Source of the DNA: Octopus bimaculoides
Taxonomy: Eukaryota
Assembly: GCF_001194135.2 (NCBI RefSeq)
Contig: NC_068991.1
Span: 2,980,750-3,039,789, forward strand
Length of the DNA stretch: 59,040 bases
Direction of reading: 5' to 3'
The notes beneath the pieces are model-generated. The model had not been told where the DNA came from. It searched no databases and worked only from the letters and a program-made list of their open reading frames with translations. The stretch's first letter is position 1; every line of letters starts with the position of its first letter. Of the stretch, positions 26,327 to 38,051 are shown piece after piece. Made by a program: the position numbers and the translations under genes.

Positions 26327-26974
26327 CATATCAGTGCTTTTCTAATAATTACACTCGAATCTTGTGCATTTAAAACGATGAACTCCAAAACTGATCCTTC
26401 TTACTTTATGTCTTTAATTTTTTTTTCTCTCAGTAAGAATGAAACAATAACATTTGTTGCTCGTAGTTTGTTCTGATGTGGCTTCAAATGAGCTGCAACT
26501 GATGATAAAATGGTTCCTGTATTGGTAAGTTCTCTTAAATGATCGATGCAGGACATGCTACAATTGCTGCTAANNNNNNNNNNNNNNNNNNNNNNNNNNN
26601 NNNNNNNNNNNNNNNNNNNNNNNNNNNNNNNNNNNNNNNNNNNNNNNNNNNNNNNNNNNNNNNNNNNNNNNNNNNNNNNNNNNNNNNNNNNNNNNNNNTT
26701 GATAACCTATCAGGAAGTTGAGTTTATTACAGAATATTTTTATGCTTAACTGAAGAAACATGCTTTATTAAATTGGTTTTGTGAGCTCGTATTTCAACAT
26801 TATGCATTTAACATAAAGTTCTTTGATGTCCTGTTTATTTCTCTCACTCAATTTGAAAATTGGGGTTCGGATTTCCAGAATTTTTGTGAGTTTCCATTGT
26901 ATTTTGACCATTTACTTATTGTATAAATGAATGAATATGGAACCGTTGAAACGTGTAAGCTTTTCAATCATGTG

Positions 26975-27260
26975 CCACTGTGCGGCACGTTCCTTAAGCA
27001 AGTGTCGTCTACTGTAGCCTTGGGCCTACCAATGCTTTGTATGCATGTGTGCCTTCGTGTTTGTGTTTGTTCCCTCTTTAGCTTGACAACTGGTATTAGT
27101 TTGTTTATATCCCTGTAACTTGGTGGTTCGGTACAAGAGACAACTTGAATAAGTGTCAGATTTTAAAATCTAATACTGGAGTCGATTTGTTCGACTAAAC
27201 CCTTCAGTGTAGTTCTCCCGGCATGGCTACTGCCCAATGGCAGAAATAAATAAAATAAAA
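26975..27260 (+). mobile_element. SINE family A, degenerate
   Basis: Body matches 15880-16190. Confidence 0.7.
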
Positions 27261-27612
27261 ATAAAAAATAGATGTAAAAAAATATTTCTTACTTTTTTTA
27301 CACGTCCGCAACTGCTGCCAACAGCTTCCTGTTCAGTTTGATATACCAAAGAGTCTTTACATGGCTGCACAATAAGCAAGAAATAGCAGCTTTAATATAT
27401 CTCACTTCACACTTTACCGTCTTAGATATAGTGTTGAAAAATATTAGATCATCCCACTTTCTTTAAGATAGCACTAATATAAATTCATTAAGAAACACCT
27501 GTCACGACACCTCTACAGGTGAAAACTATCTCTTGAGGCAAACATTGACCAAGCACTACCACTATTACCTGCCTACCGGTGCTTTAAGCGTGGAATTCGG
27601 TCATTCGTTATA

Positions 27613-27982
27613 GGCGCGGGCGAAGCTGTGTGGTAAAAAGTTTGCTTCCCAACTACGTGGTTCCGAGTTCAGTCCCACTGCGTGGAACCTTGGGTAAATG
27701 TCGTCTACTGTAGCCTTGGGCCAAACTAAGTCTTCTGGGTGGATTTGGTAGACGGTAACTAAAAAAAAGTCCATTGTGTATGTGTGTTTGTGTGTGTCTT
27801 TGTCCCCCCACTACCGCTTGACAACCAGTCTTGAGGTTTACCTTCTTGTAACTTAGCAATTTGGTAAAAGAGACCGATAGAATAAGCACAAGGCTTCAAA
27901 AAAGTAAGTCCTGAAGTCGATTCATTCGATTAAAAATTCCTCAAAGCGATGCTCAAGCATGGCCGCAATCTAATGACTGAAA
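27613..27982 (+). mobile_element. SINE family A, full length
   Basis: ggcgcgggcgaagctgtgtggt...gcatggccgcaatctaatgactgaaacc. Confidence 0.85.
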
Positions 27983-28261
27983 CCAGTAAAAGATAAAAGA
28001 TATGTGAATGCTGTTTTAATATTGAGAATTATTAAAATATTTTATATAATAATTTGAAATGAAATTTCATCAGCATTTCAGTTTTACATTGTTTTTTATG
28101 AAAATATTTTAAACCATTAACGCGAGCATCTAATTAATTGAACAACAGTTCGTTCAGAATGTAATATCAATTAAAGTATTGGAGAAGGTTGCACTGCAAA
28201 TATCCTTTAATCTCTCTGTAAATTTTACTGATTGGCCAAAACTTTCATTAATATAAATTTG

Positions 28262-28550
28262 TAAATCATCATCATCATCGTCGTTGTCTTCATTTAACAT
28301 CCGTTTTCCATGCTGGCACAGGTGGGACAGTTTCACAGGAGCTGGCAAGTCAGAAGATTGTATCAATCTCTACTGTCTAGTTTCTACTGACATAGTTCCT
28401 ATAGCTGGATGCTCTTCCTGACGCCAACCTCTTTACAGTGTGTACTGGGTGCCTCTTACGTAGCACAAGCAGCAGTGAAGTCGCCAAGTAACTTGTAGGA
28501 CAAGACCCCTCAACTGAGGTGGGGACTAAAATCGAGGGAATTAAAAAGGC
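28262..28550 (-). mobile_element. Non-autonomous copy of the RTE LINE 3'UTR
   Basis: Reverse complement of the 50727-50952 3'UTR with (CAT)n tail. Other fragments lie at about 8110-8185, 15120-15175, 18920-19110, 20090-20200 and 51770-51830. Confidence 0.75.
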
Positions 28551-29149
28551 GTCTTGCATTAGAACGAAAACTTGACTGCCTGGCTGAATAAAAGTTTGTA
28601 ATGTGCATCAGAAGTAGTATTATATTAAAATAGCCATCTGTGTATCATGCTTAACGCATATACATCGCGAAAAAGTGCAAATTAATTGCAGTATTTGTCC
28701 AGAGATATCTCTGTTATGGACGCACTGTAGTTAAAATTACAAATATTTCAATTGTAGATGTTACTGTTGGATTGTAACTCCAGATTTTTTAAAATTAGCC
28801 ACAAATACAGCAAGTAGTCCGAATTAAAAAGAAAAAAGTACACAGCTGTCCTGGAAAGTAGGGCCATCCGCTAATTGTAGTCCAACTTGGACATTCTGTT
28901 CACTGAGGGCCAGACTCTATTTTACCCTAGTTGAACATTTTGGGGTTGGAAAATATGCTTGCTTTTTTATTCCTTACTCTCTCAACAAAAATTAAATTTT
29001 TATGGTACATTTATAAAAAGGGTTCCGTCAATGCATTTAATTTGAATTTAGAAAGCACTGAAACAACAAAGAGCCATTTTCTCTATTTTGGGTTAGAAAT
29101 TCCAAAATTTGTCCGAATCACAAGACCGAAGAGATTTCTTCTAATTCAC

Positions 29150-29910
29150 CTCGGCCGCAATCAACCGAATCTGCAACAGTTCCACAAACTTTCACTCCTT
29201 TGGCAGCTGATGTCGCGGAACCTACACAACTTGATATATTTCCCAAACTTGATTTGTATGGATTAGATATGATGCCATGTCAACGAGAATTAACAATGTA
29301 TCATCCTAAAGAATGCAGTAAATAGAGAAAAACGAGACTTCTGTGCTTCGTGCTTCAGTGGCTGACTTTGGTTAGAATTCTCAGTTCAGTCTAAGACTGC
29401 TTTCTGCTATTGTTGGCGTCGTTTTTGTACATCCCAGAATCTTGACAATCGTTTGAAGTCGAGGGATTTATTAACTGGTTCAATGCTTTGTCAAAACGGA
29501 TTAATGTCAACGCCTATTCATAGAGACTCCGACAACAAATACGTATTTTTAAATCGTATTTACAATAATATATTTCATAACGGCACCGAGGAACTCTAAT
29601 GTCGCTTTAATGAACACAACACAACGATATTTACTGTTGTAGAGGCTTTGTCTATTGAACCAGAAACATTTTTAGAAGTTTCAAATTTATTTCCTATTTC
29701 TGAACTCGTAAGCATAAACAACTTGGACAGCTCATTTTACTACGAGCTATTCATTGCCAAACTTTTACATTTTAGAAAACATTGCTTCTAAGAAGTTGTC
29801 AGATGTCTGTTCTTCCCTATATCCATTTAAGGCTGCTTTTCCAGACGTTTACAAATTGTATGCTGCATCCTCTCCATTCGCTGCAAAGAATGCGTCTTTC
29901 AAGTCTCTTT
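29150..29910 (+). mobile_element. Decayed, internally deleted hAT transposase (TTF-type zinc finger plus dimerization-domain remnants)
   Basis: Frameshifted PCQRELTMYHP..REKRDFCASCF..WLEFSVQSKTAFCYCWRRF..EGFINWFNAL, and FPDVYKLYAAS..SF. Confidence 0.65.
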
Positions 29911-30029
29911 CTCATATCGGCATTTTATGACACATTAACAAAATAGCAACCTTGTTATACTTATACACATAGATAGTGACACGAGTAAACTAAACCTTGA
30001 CAAGTTTTTTTTTTTAATATCTCTGTCCC

Positions 30030-30388
30030 GGGCGTGGCTGTGTGGTAAGAAGTTTGCTTCCCAACCACATGGTTCTGGGTTCACTCCGACTGCATGGCAC
30101 CTTGGGCAAGTGAGTTCTACTAGAGCCTCCGACCGACCAAACTCTTGTGGCTGAATTCAGTAGAGGAAACTGAAAGAAGCCCATTGCATATGTATGTCTG
30201 TGTCTGTGTCCTCCACTATCGCTTGACAACCGGTGTAGGCGTGTTTACGTGCTCGTAACTTAGCGGTTCGGCAAAAGACTGATAGAATAAAAGAAAGGAT
30301 ACTGGGTCGATTCTTTCGACTAAAATCTTTTAAGGCGGTACTCCAGCATGGTCCCCGTCTAATGACTAAAATCTGTAAAGGATAAAAC
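30030..30388 (+). mobile_element. SINE family A, full length
   Basis: gggcgtggctgtgtggtaagaag...ccagcatggtccccgtctaatgact. Confidence 0.85.
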
Positions 30389-30999
30389 ATAAGTCAAGTT
30401 AAATTAAATTAATTTTAACGCTTTTTTTTTATTTATCTAATAACTGTGTTAGTAATTGCTAATTAAGTTATTTTACAATCAGTTTATAAATTTCGTATAT
30501 CAGATTTTAATTGAATATAATTCATTTGATTAAACTAATTAAATTATTTTACAATTATTTTATAAATTTCGTCTACAAATTTTCAATAGCCTAACAAACT
30601 TTAGAATTCGTCTTACTACATTTGGTTTAAATATAGGGCAAACCTTCTAGATTATTCATACATTGATTAAAATATCGATGTTATTAAAAATTAAAAGTGA
30701 TTAAATAACGTAAACAAAAATCATCAACAAATATTTTTATCAACATAATATTTTAGAATTAGTGGAATTTCAGAAGTAGGACACCAAGTAGATTACCAGA
30801 ACCATCATGTTTTAGTTTCTTTCTTCAACTATTTCTTCCGATTCCTCTTGAAAACGATTGTAATTGCGATTTTAAAAGTACAGCCCCTTTTCATAGAACT
30901 CTAAATTCTGACCCGTAAATTCGAACCGTAAATCCTCGGCTTAACCCAAAACCTTAAACTTAAGACCATAAATAATAGTTCTAACTCTTAACTACATAG

Positions 31000-31228
31000 A
31001 CACGCGTACACTCTTAACGTAATTCTCAGAGAGATTCAGTGCGGCACAGAACGTGACAAAACTGCCCTTTTCAAATTACAGGTACAAATTCATTTTTGCC
31101 ATCTTCGTGGACTGGAGCAACGTGAAATAGAGCGTCTTGCTCAAGGACATGACGCCCTGTCGAATATCGAAATGGTGAACTTACGATTTCGAGCTGAATA
31201 CCCTAACCACTAAGCCACGTGCCTTCAC
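31000..31228 (-). mobile_element. SINE family E (tRNA-like head, tccttgagcaagac CORE-like segment)
   Basis: Minus strand gtggcttagtggttagggtattcag...; related segments at about 14230-14460 (-) and 21225-21310 (-). Confidence 0.65.
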
Positions 31229-31411
31229 AGCTTGGACGCACTGATGATGGTGTAGCAACAGTAGCAGTGGCATTGTTGTATTGGAGGCAGTAAAATGGTT
31301 CTGGTAGTTGCATAGAAGTGGTGTTAGTATGCAAGTATTGTGGCTAATACTATTCTATATTATTGGGATGAGGAATTATGTACATTATTTACAATGGACG
31401 GATATGCCCAC

Positions 31412-31678
31412 GGGCATATAGCGTAGAGGATTAGAGCGCGGGCTACTAACCTTCGGATTCTAAGTTCAATCCCAGGCAGGGACTTGAAAAAAATGATATC
31501 AACAGGAAAATAGCATCAGCAACATACTTTAGGAATGAGAACAGTGTACCCCATGAGTCAAAAAAAGGGTTGGGTTTGAAATTCCACCAGAACACCTGAT
31601 GAAGGCTGGAGAATACATCAGCTGAAACGTTGTGATAACAAACAAGATGAGGACACATATCTGTCCATTGTAAATAAG
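31412..31678 (+). mobile_element. SINE family C
   Basis: gggcatatagcgtagaggattagagcgcgggctactaacc...ctgatgaaggctgg...gaaacgttgtg. Confidence 0.8.
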
Positions 31679-32204
31679 TATTGTGGAATAGTGATGTTTG
31701 TAGATTTGTAGTGGTACTCAGGTGGTATAGTATGGGTAATGCTACTGTTGTGGTACTTACGGTTTTGTGATGTTGTTGTTGTTGGTGTTACAGTACTGCT
31801 AATGTGGTCGTACTAAGAGAATTAGTTTTGTGGTTGCTGTTGCTGTAGTATGTGTCGTAGCTGTAGTGTAGCTAGGGAGGGACCTAGGAGGCGGCCCGCC
31901 TCCGCCCTGAACGACGCTTTTATTTTTGGGTCTCCTGTATAATTTTGTACAAGCAGCGCAGGGCCGAGGGTGGAGAGGCAAACTCTAGAGCTGCCCCGGA
32001 CGGCACACACTCTGGCTGCGCCACTTTGTGGTGGCGCTTGTTGCTGTTGTGAGAGTAGTAATAGCAGCAGCAGCAGCAGTAGTAGTAGTGAGGAGCTCGT
32101 CTAGTATTGCTTGTTGCTGATTTTGGCAATGGATGTTGGTGGTGGTGGAGGTGATGGCGATGTTGGTGTGGTCGGCGGCGGCGGTGGAAGTGGTGACGTT
32201 GTTG

Positions 32205-32236
<32 letters not shown>

Positions 32237-32779
32237 AGATGAAGAAAAAAGTTAAATGCTTAAGTTGTCTGATCATGCTGAAACTTCTATAACGTCTGCG
32301 CTGGGGTACGGCACTACCCACTTCCCCACTCCATACACATGCATCTATAGACACACACACACACACACACATACCTACACATTTTCTACCCAACAATACT
32401 TTTAAACCACCTTCTTCGCCCTCCTCCAATTCACTCCACCGTTACCGCATTGATTTATCGATCACATGATATATACGATTCGATCTCTCCTGTTACAATC
32501 TACACCTCTTTCCCCCCCCCCCNNNNNNNNNNNNNNNNNNNNNNNNNNNNNNNNNNNNCCCCCGTCACTCTCCCTCACAGGCAAACACATACGTATAATA
32601 CATACATAGATACATACATACATATATACATATACATACACGGACACTTATATATGAACATACACATACACATGCAAGCACACATACACACACTCTCTCC
32701 TTCTCAACCTCCCCCATCACCTTTACTTTGACAACAAAATACTCCTTTTCAAAATGTTAAAGCAGACGTGTTTGGTTAG

Positions 32780-32794
32780 AGGTTATCTCTCTCT

Positions 32795-32831
<37 letters not shown>

Positions 32832-33150
32832 ACTCTCCCTTCCTCTCATCCTTTCGCTCCCCTTCTCGCTCTCGTCTTCTTCACACTATATCTCTCTTTC
32901 TCTTCCACACAAATCTATCTCTTCTCTCTCTCTTTCGTTTTCCTTCCCTTCACTTCCATTCTGTCTTTTCTATTTTCTTTTCCCTCCAGCTCTCTCTCTC
33001 TCTCTTTCTCTTCCTCTCTATTTCTTATCTTTAACTCTCCTACCCTCTTTTTCTCTCCTCATCCCTCTCTCTCTCCACCCCTCTTCTTTCTCATCTCTCT
33101 CTCTTCCCGACCCCCTCTCTCTCTCTCCTCTCCCCTACCCTTCACACAAT
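32780..33150. repeat. CT-rich low-complexity tract (representative of many TA, CA, CT, AAT and GAT simple repeats in the window)
   Basis: Directly visible. Confidence 0.9.
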
Positions 33151-33460
33151 AACTCAACGACTTTCTCCAATACATTTCTCTCCCGTCTAACTATTTGACT
33201 TCATTCCAGTCCAATTTTAGTTTCCAATACTATATTGATCTCTTAACTACAGAACACCTTCTCCGAAATTCCTTCTGTTTGGGGAACAACTTGACATCAT
33301 TATCATCATCATCACCATTATTATTATTATTATTATTATCATTTACGGTTTGATGGATGCGACAGTTGTTTCCTCTTCTTACACCTGATAAGAGTTAGGT
33401 GCAGTTTTGGAAAACATGCGCAGCTAAATTTTCAAGGTTAACAAATTCTTCGTAGGAATT

Positions 33461-33712
33461 CGGTAGCGTAGCTGGGGTGGTAGTGGTGGTGGTGGTGGTG
33501 GCGGCGGCGGTGGTGGTGGAGAAGTGCGGAGGGGCGTCATAACCCCCCCCTCGTCCCACCTCACCCAGGTGACAGATATATGGGGGGAGGGAGGGGTGTC
33601 ACTTATGAATCTGCGGTTTAAGCCTGTATAATACATATGGCTTGTTGGGGCCCGGGGTCCCCGCAAACTCAAAGGGCTGCCCCGGACTGCACACACTCTA
33701 GCATTGCCAATG
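33461..33712. mobile_element. Putative MITE with degenerate CANTGGCGTAGCTAG TIRs; related copies at 31861-32026 and 36966-37082
   Basis: A 36-37 bp subterminal core is nearly identical at 31978-32013 and 33663-33699; TIR-like ends. Confidence 0.45.
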
Positions 33713-34244
33713 TAAGTATCTTTTATCCTTTACTTATTTCAGTCATTAGAACACTCGTCGTCATAACCGACGGAGTGCCAGTTCTGTCTACAAGGTGTTG
33801 GTTGGGACGGAGTGCAATGTTTCGTCGCAGTCCTTTTAACTAACATGACGATGTCAGGACATCAGAAGCGATTGTATATCATTTTGGTTGTAACCATTAC
33901 AAAAGCGATGATTCTGGCACGTGTTTTCCCTTCTTTCTTTGCTTTTTAATGTCCATTCAGTGAAAAACCTCAATCATTCCGGTTCCTTTCCGTTTTGTTT
34001 TTCTCTTTTTCTGTGTGTGTTTTTTCTCTCCTTTTTCGACTTGTTTCCTCACACAATAGACATTCGGTGTTGATACGTCAATTATTAAAACACTGATCTC
34101 GGTGTTTTTGTTTGTTATGGAAAAATGAAGTCTGACTTATTGATTGATGTTTGGCACACACACACACACACATACATGTGTGTGTGTGTGTGCTTTCTGT
34201 TGTTTGTGAGCAAGTGTCATAGAATATTTTTATCTCTGAGGCGA

Positions 34245-34288
34245 AAGAGAGGTTCAGTAAGTAGACGGAAACTGCGTGGAAGCCCATC

Positions 34289-34331
<43 letters not shown>

Positions 34332-34540
34332 CATGTGTGTCTTTATGTTTGCGCTGTTTGTCTCTTACCACCGCTCGACAACGGGTGCTGGTTTGTTTAC
34401 ATCCCTGTAACTTAGCGTTTCAGCAAGAGAGACCGATAGAAATACACTGGTGGGGAGGGGGTCTATTTGTTCGATTATACCCTTCAAGGCAGTGCACCAG
34501 CATGGCCGCAGTCCAATCGCTGAGACAAGAGAATAAAAGA
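34245..34540 (+). mobile_element. SINE family A, 5'-truncated
   Basis: gtagacggaaactg...(GT)n...cagcatggccgcagtc. Confidence 0.8.
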
Positions 34541-34674
34541 AAGATTACAACAAAGCACATCCATCTTGTGTTGTTTTTGGAGACATCCGTATCGTCGAGA
34601 ACATTCCATTTGGCCATTTTGCCAACAACAACACTCACGCATACATTTATCTTTCATCTTTTACTTGAATCAGG

Positions 34675-34855
34675 CATTGGACTGCGGCCATGCTGGGGCA
34701 CCACCTTGAAGAACTTTTGTCGCACGGATCGAGCCAAACGCTTATTTTTTTAAAGCCTGGTACCTATCCTATCGGTCTCTTTGGCCGAACCGCTTGGTTA
34801 TGAGGAGGTAAACACATCAACACTGTCAAGCAGTGGTAGGAGATGAACACATCCA
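34675..34855 (-). mobile_element. SINE family A, 3' part
   Basis: ggactgcggccatgctggggcaccaccttgaag... is the reverse complement of the family 3' body. Confidence 0.75.
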
Positions 34856-36249
34856 CAAAGGCACACGCACACACACACTCAGCCGACCTGAGGTTAAACA
34901 ACAAGAATGGTTTCCTCTCTAGTCGAACTTGTATTCTGTCGTTTCAGTTATTGAGGGGTACCTCCTTAAAGGTTTTAGTCGATTAAATATATTGCTAGGC
35001 TTTGCGGTTAGGGTGTTGTGCTTACGGCTGCGAGATCGTAGGACGGTATTTTGTGTTCTTGAAGAAAACGCTTCATTTCACATTGCCCCAGTCCACTCAG
35101 CTGTAAATCTGTCACCCTGCGACGGACTGGCGTCTTGTTCAATGAAAACAATTGTGATTTCGGTTACTTACACGCCATAGAAACTGGATAACTGGCCCCG
35201 GGGCCCAAGACGGTGATATTTGCCAAGGAGAATCTGCTTCAATAAATCACATAAACCAGAAATGCGTCCTCTCCCATTCTGCTGGTTTTAAATTTCAACA
35301 AAATTTCAATTAATTGATCTTATTGGAATTATCTCCCTTCTTTGATGTTTCTTAGAGGGAGTCTTCGTCTGCTAAGTGTATAGATAATCGAATTTAATCG
35401 ATTTTTTTCAACTGACTCCATTACATATGTGAGACGCTACTGTATTTAGTTTGCGGGTCGCTACCCTCGAGTATTTTTTTCTCAACTTTGTTATTTTGTG
35501 TAATATTTTTATCAGAGTCTCAGAACTATGGTAATTGGCAGCGAAGAGTTGTAAGGGAGAGAAGGAAGGAGAGAGAGAGAGAGTGAGTTTATTAATGTCG
35601 CCACCATGATTGGGGAGGAAAAGTGAAGAGAAGAGGGGGAGCAAAAAGGGGGTGGGCGTGTATGAAAGTGAGTTAGTGATCAAAGAATATCTATTATTGG
35701 TAGAATTATGGTATCGATGGCGGCGAGAGGCAGAGAGAGAGAGAGAAAGATAGGAGGTAAGAGAGAGTGGTACGAAAGTGTAGTTGAGGTGGGAGAAAAG
35801 GAAGGGGGAGGTTTCTGTTATTGACATGGCAAGTGTTAGTGAGGTGGTGGTGGTGGGGGGGTTAAACCAGAGAAAGATTGGAACTGATAGGCGGGGGGAG
35901 GGGGACCCACTGAGAGGGTGTCTGTTCACTGATGAAATTCGAGTCTTAGAATATAGCAGAGTTCCATTGATTAGTTTTCCATCAGCTCCACTCGTTCCTT
36001 CTTTCCAATACAGAATGGTTTTTGCCTGCTAGATAGGCACCAATATCTGTGGATATTGATCAAATAGACATAGTTTATTGATCTCTGTCGGATAAGCACA
36101 GCCTATAAAAGATATCAACTGAATAGACACAGATTGTATATATATATATATTGTTCCTCTTCAACCGTTAGTTAGTGGCTGGTGGATGGTGACTGGTTGC
36201 ATGATGGACATGAATTATAAATCTCAGTTGGATGCACATGGTTTGTTTT

Positions 36250-36930
36250 ATTCAGCTAGATAGACACAGTGGATAAATGTTGTTTGGCTGGATAGATATT
36301 GTGTATGTGATACGTAGATAGGCATGGAGGCCAGATGTAGATGGGCAAATAGGCACGGTGTGTAGTTATTGAAACTGGCCAAACAGACACGGTGTGTAGA
36401 CATTGGCTAGACGAATCGGATATTGTATATATGATCTGTAGATAGGCAGGAAGGGTAAATATGGATGGGCAAATAGATATGGTGTGTAGATATTAACTGG
36501 CCAAACAGACACGGTTTGTAGATGCTGACTCGGCAAATAGAGTATGTGGATATTAACTGGGCAAATAGATACAGTGTATAGATATTTGCTAGTCAAATAG
36601 TTGCAGTTTGTTTATATTGGCTGGGCAAATAGACTCAGTGTACGGATGTTAACTGGGCAAATAAACACAATATATGGATATATGGATATTAAATGGGCAA
36701 ATAGACTTGGGATATAGATATTGACTGGGCAAACAGACACGGTGTGTAGAAATTAACTAGACAAATAGATGCAGTGTGTAGATATTTGTGAGACAAATAG
36801 GTGCAGTGTGTTTATATTGGCTGAGCAAATAAACACAGTGTATGGAAATTAGCTGCGCAAATAGACACAGTATGTAGATGTTGAGTGGGCTAACAGACAC
36901 GAGTGTCCATAATGGTTGGGCAAACATATA
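36250..36930. repeat. Degenerate minisatellite with a unit of about 32 bp
   Basis: Unit tgtagatattaactgggcaaatagacacagtg; gtaga recurs at 36486 and 36518. Confidence 0.85.
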
Positions 36931-37347
36931 TGATGGGTTGATAAATTCAGTTCATAAAAAGTGTACATGTTGCGTAACTAGAGAGAGATGTCATGTATAT
37001 CTGTCACGTGGCTAGGCAAATACATGGCATAGAGATGTCGTCTGGCTACCGCCCCCACCACCACTACACAGCTACGCTAATGCTTCTAGCAGCCTTTGTG
37101 ATACAATACTTCAATGTTGTTTAACAGCACGTGTTCAGGTCCAAAATTTTGTAATTGCAGGTTTGGTTGATGCAAAACTTTATGCCGAGAAAAACGACAA
37201 TTTTCAATTACATCATTCAGAAAAACGGTGTTGAAGGGACAAATTTGCTGTAGAACTAATGTTATGTTTATGTTCTCGGAATCAGTTTCTTGGAGGTCAC
37301 ATACGGTATGAACTGAAAATGTTGCTGAGATTAAAAAAAAAAAAAAA

Positions 37348-38051
37348 GGAATCAAAATATGTGGTTTGTAACCTAGTGAAATAGAGATACGACAAATAAA
37401 TGACTCGTTGTGATAAAACGTGTCTTGTTTTAAGACTAACTGAAACGAAAATTGATTCCACCGGTTACTGCTTCGACTGAGTTCTGTTGACATGAAAGAC
37501 ATGAAGGGAACGGCTTGATTTGAGAAGAGAGAAATCCTTGAGTTCCCGTTTATATAGTAAGTATCTAGTGAGAATTACCAAGCTCTGATTGGCCCAATAA
37601 GCTGGTGAAAATGGTGAACGGCTAAATCTTCACTTGACTGAATAGCAGTCGCTACATTAATCTCCCCTACTTCTTGATTGCTGGGAAAGAAGTATTCGAT
37701 AAAAATAAAACGAAAGCAGTGGTAGTGAAAATCGAATGATACAAATATATTCAAAGGAGTAAATGCTACAGCCAGTGAATCGGAAAATGGATTGGCAGAA
37801 ATGAACCTTGTGCGCGTGAGTAAGGTACAAGTGGAATCTACGTGTACTGAGAAGAACTCAAAGATTTCCCTCTTCCCAAATCAAGCCGTTTCCTCCAGGT
37901 CTTTCACCTCAACAAAACCCAGCTCAAGTTGTAGCCGACGGCATCAATTTCTGTTTAAATTAATCTTAAAATGAGACACGTTTCATCACAACGAGTCGTT
38001 TATTTTTCGTATCTCTATTCCACCAGGTTACAAACCACATATTTTGATTCC
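37348..38051. repeat. Inverted duplication with 198-bp ungapped arms (37348-37545, 37854-38051)
   Basis: 31 mismatches in 198 nt counted by eye (about 84% identity); 308-bp spacer. Confidence 0.93.

Noticed and set aside
31920-32429. 169-aa His/Gln/Cys-rich minus-strand ORF
   Set aside because: Made of trinucleotide low-complexity runs and a MITE-like element; no domain or splice support.
36250-36930. CRISPR-like array
   Set aside because: Eukaryotic context, no constant repeat with unique spacers, and no cas genes; it is a degenerate minisatellite.
37086-37502. 138-aa minus-strand ORF overlapping the inverted duplication
   Set aside because: The paralogous arm has a stop in the same frame and differences are mostly non-synonymous, so there is no coding constraint.
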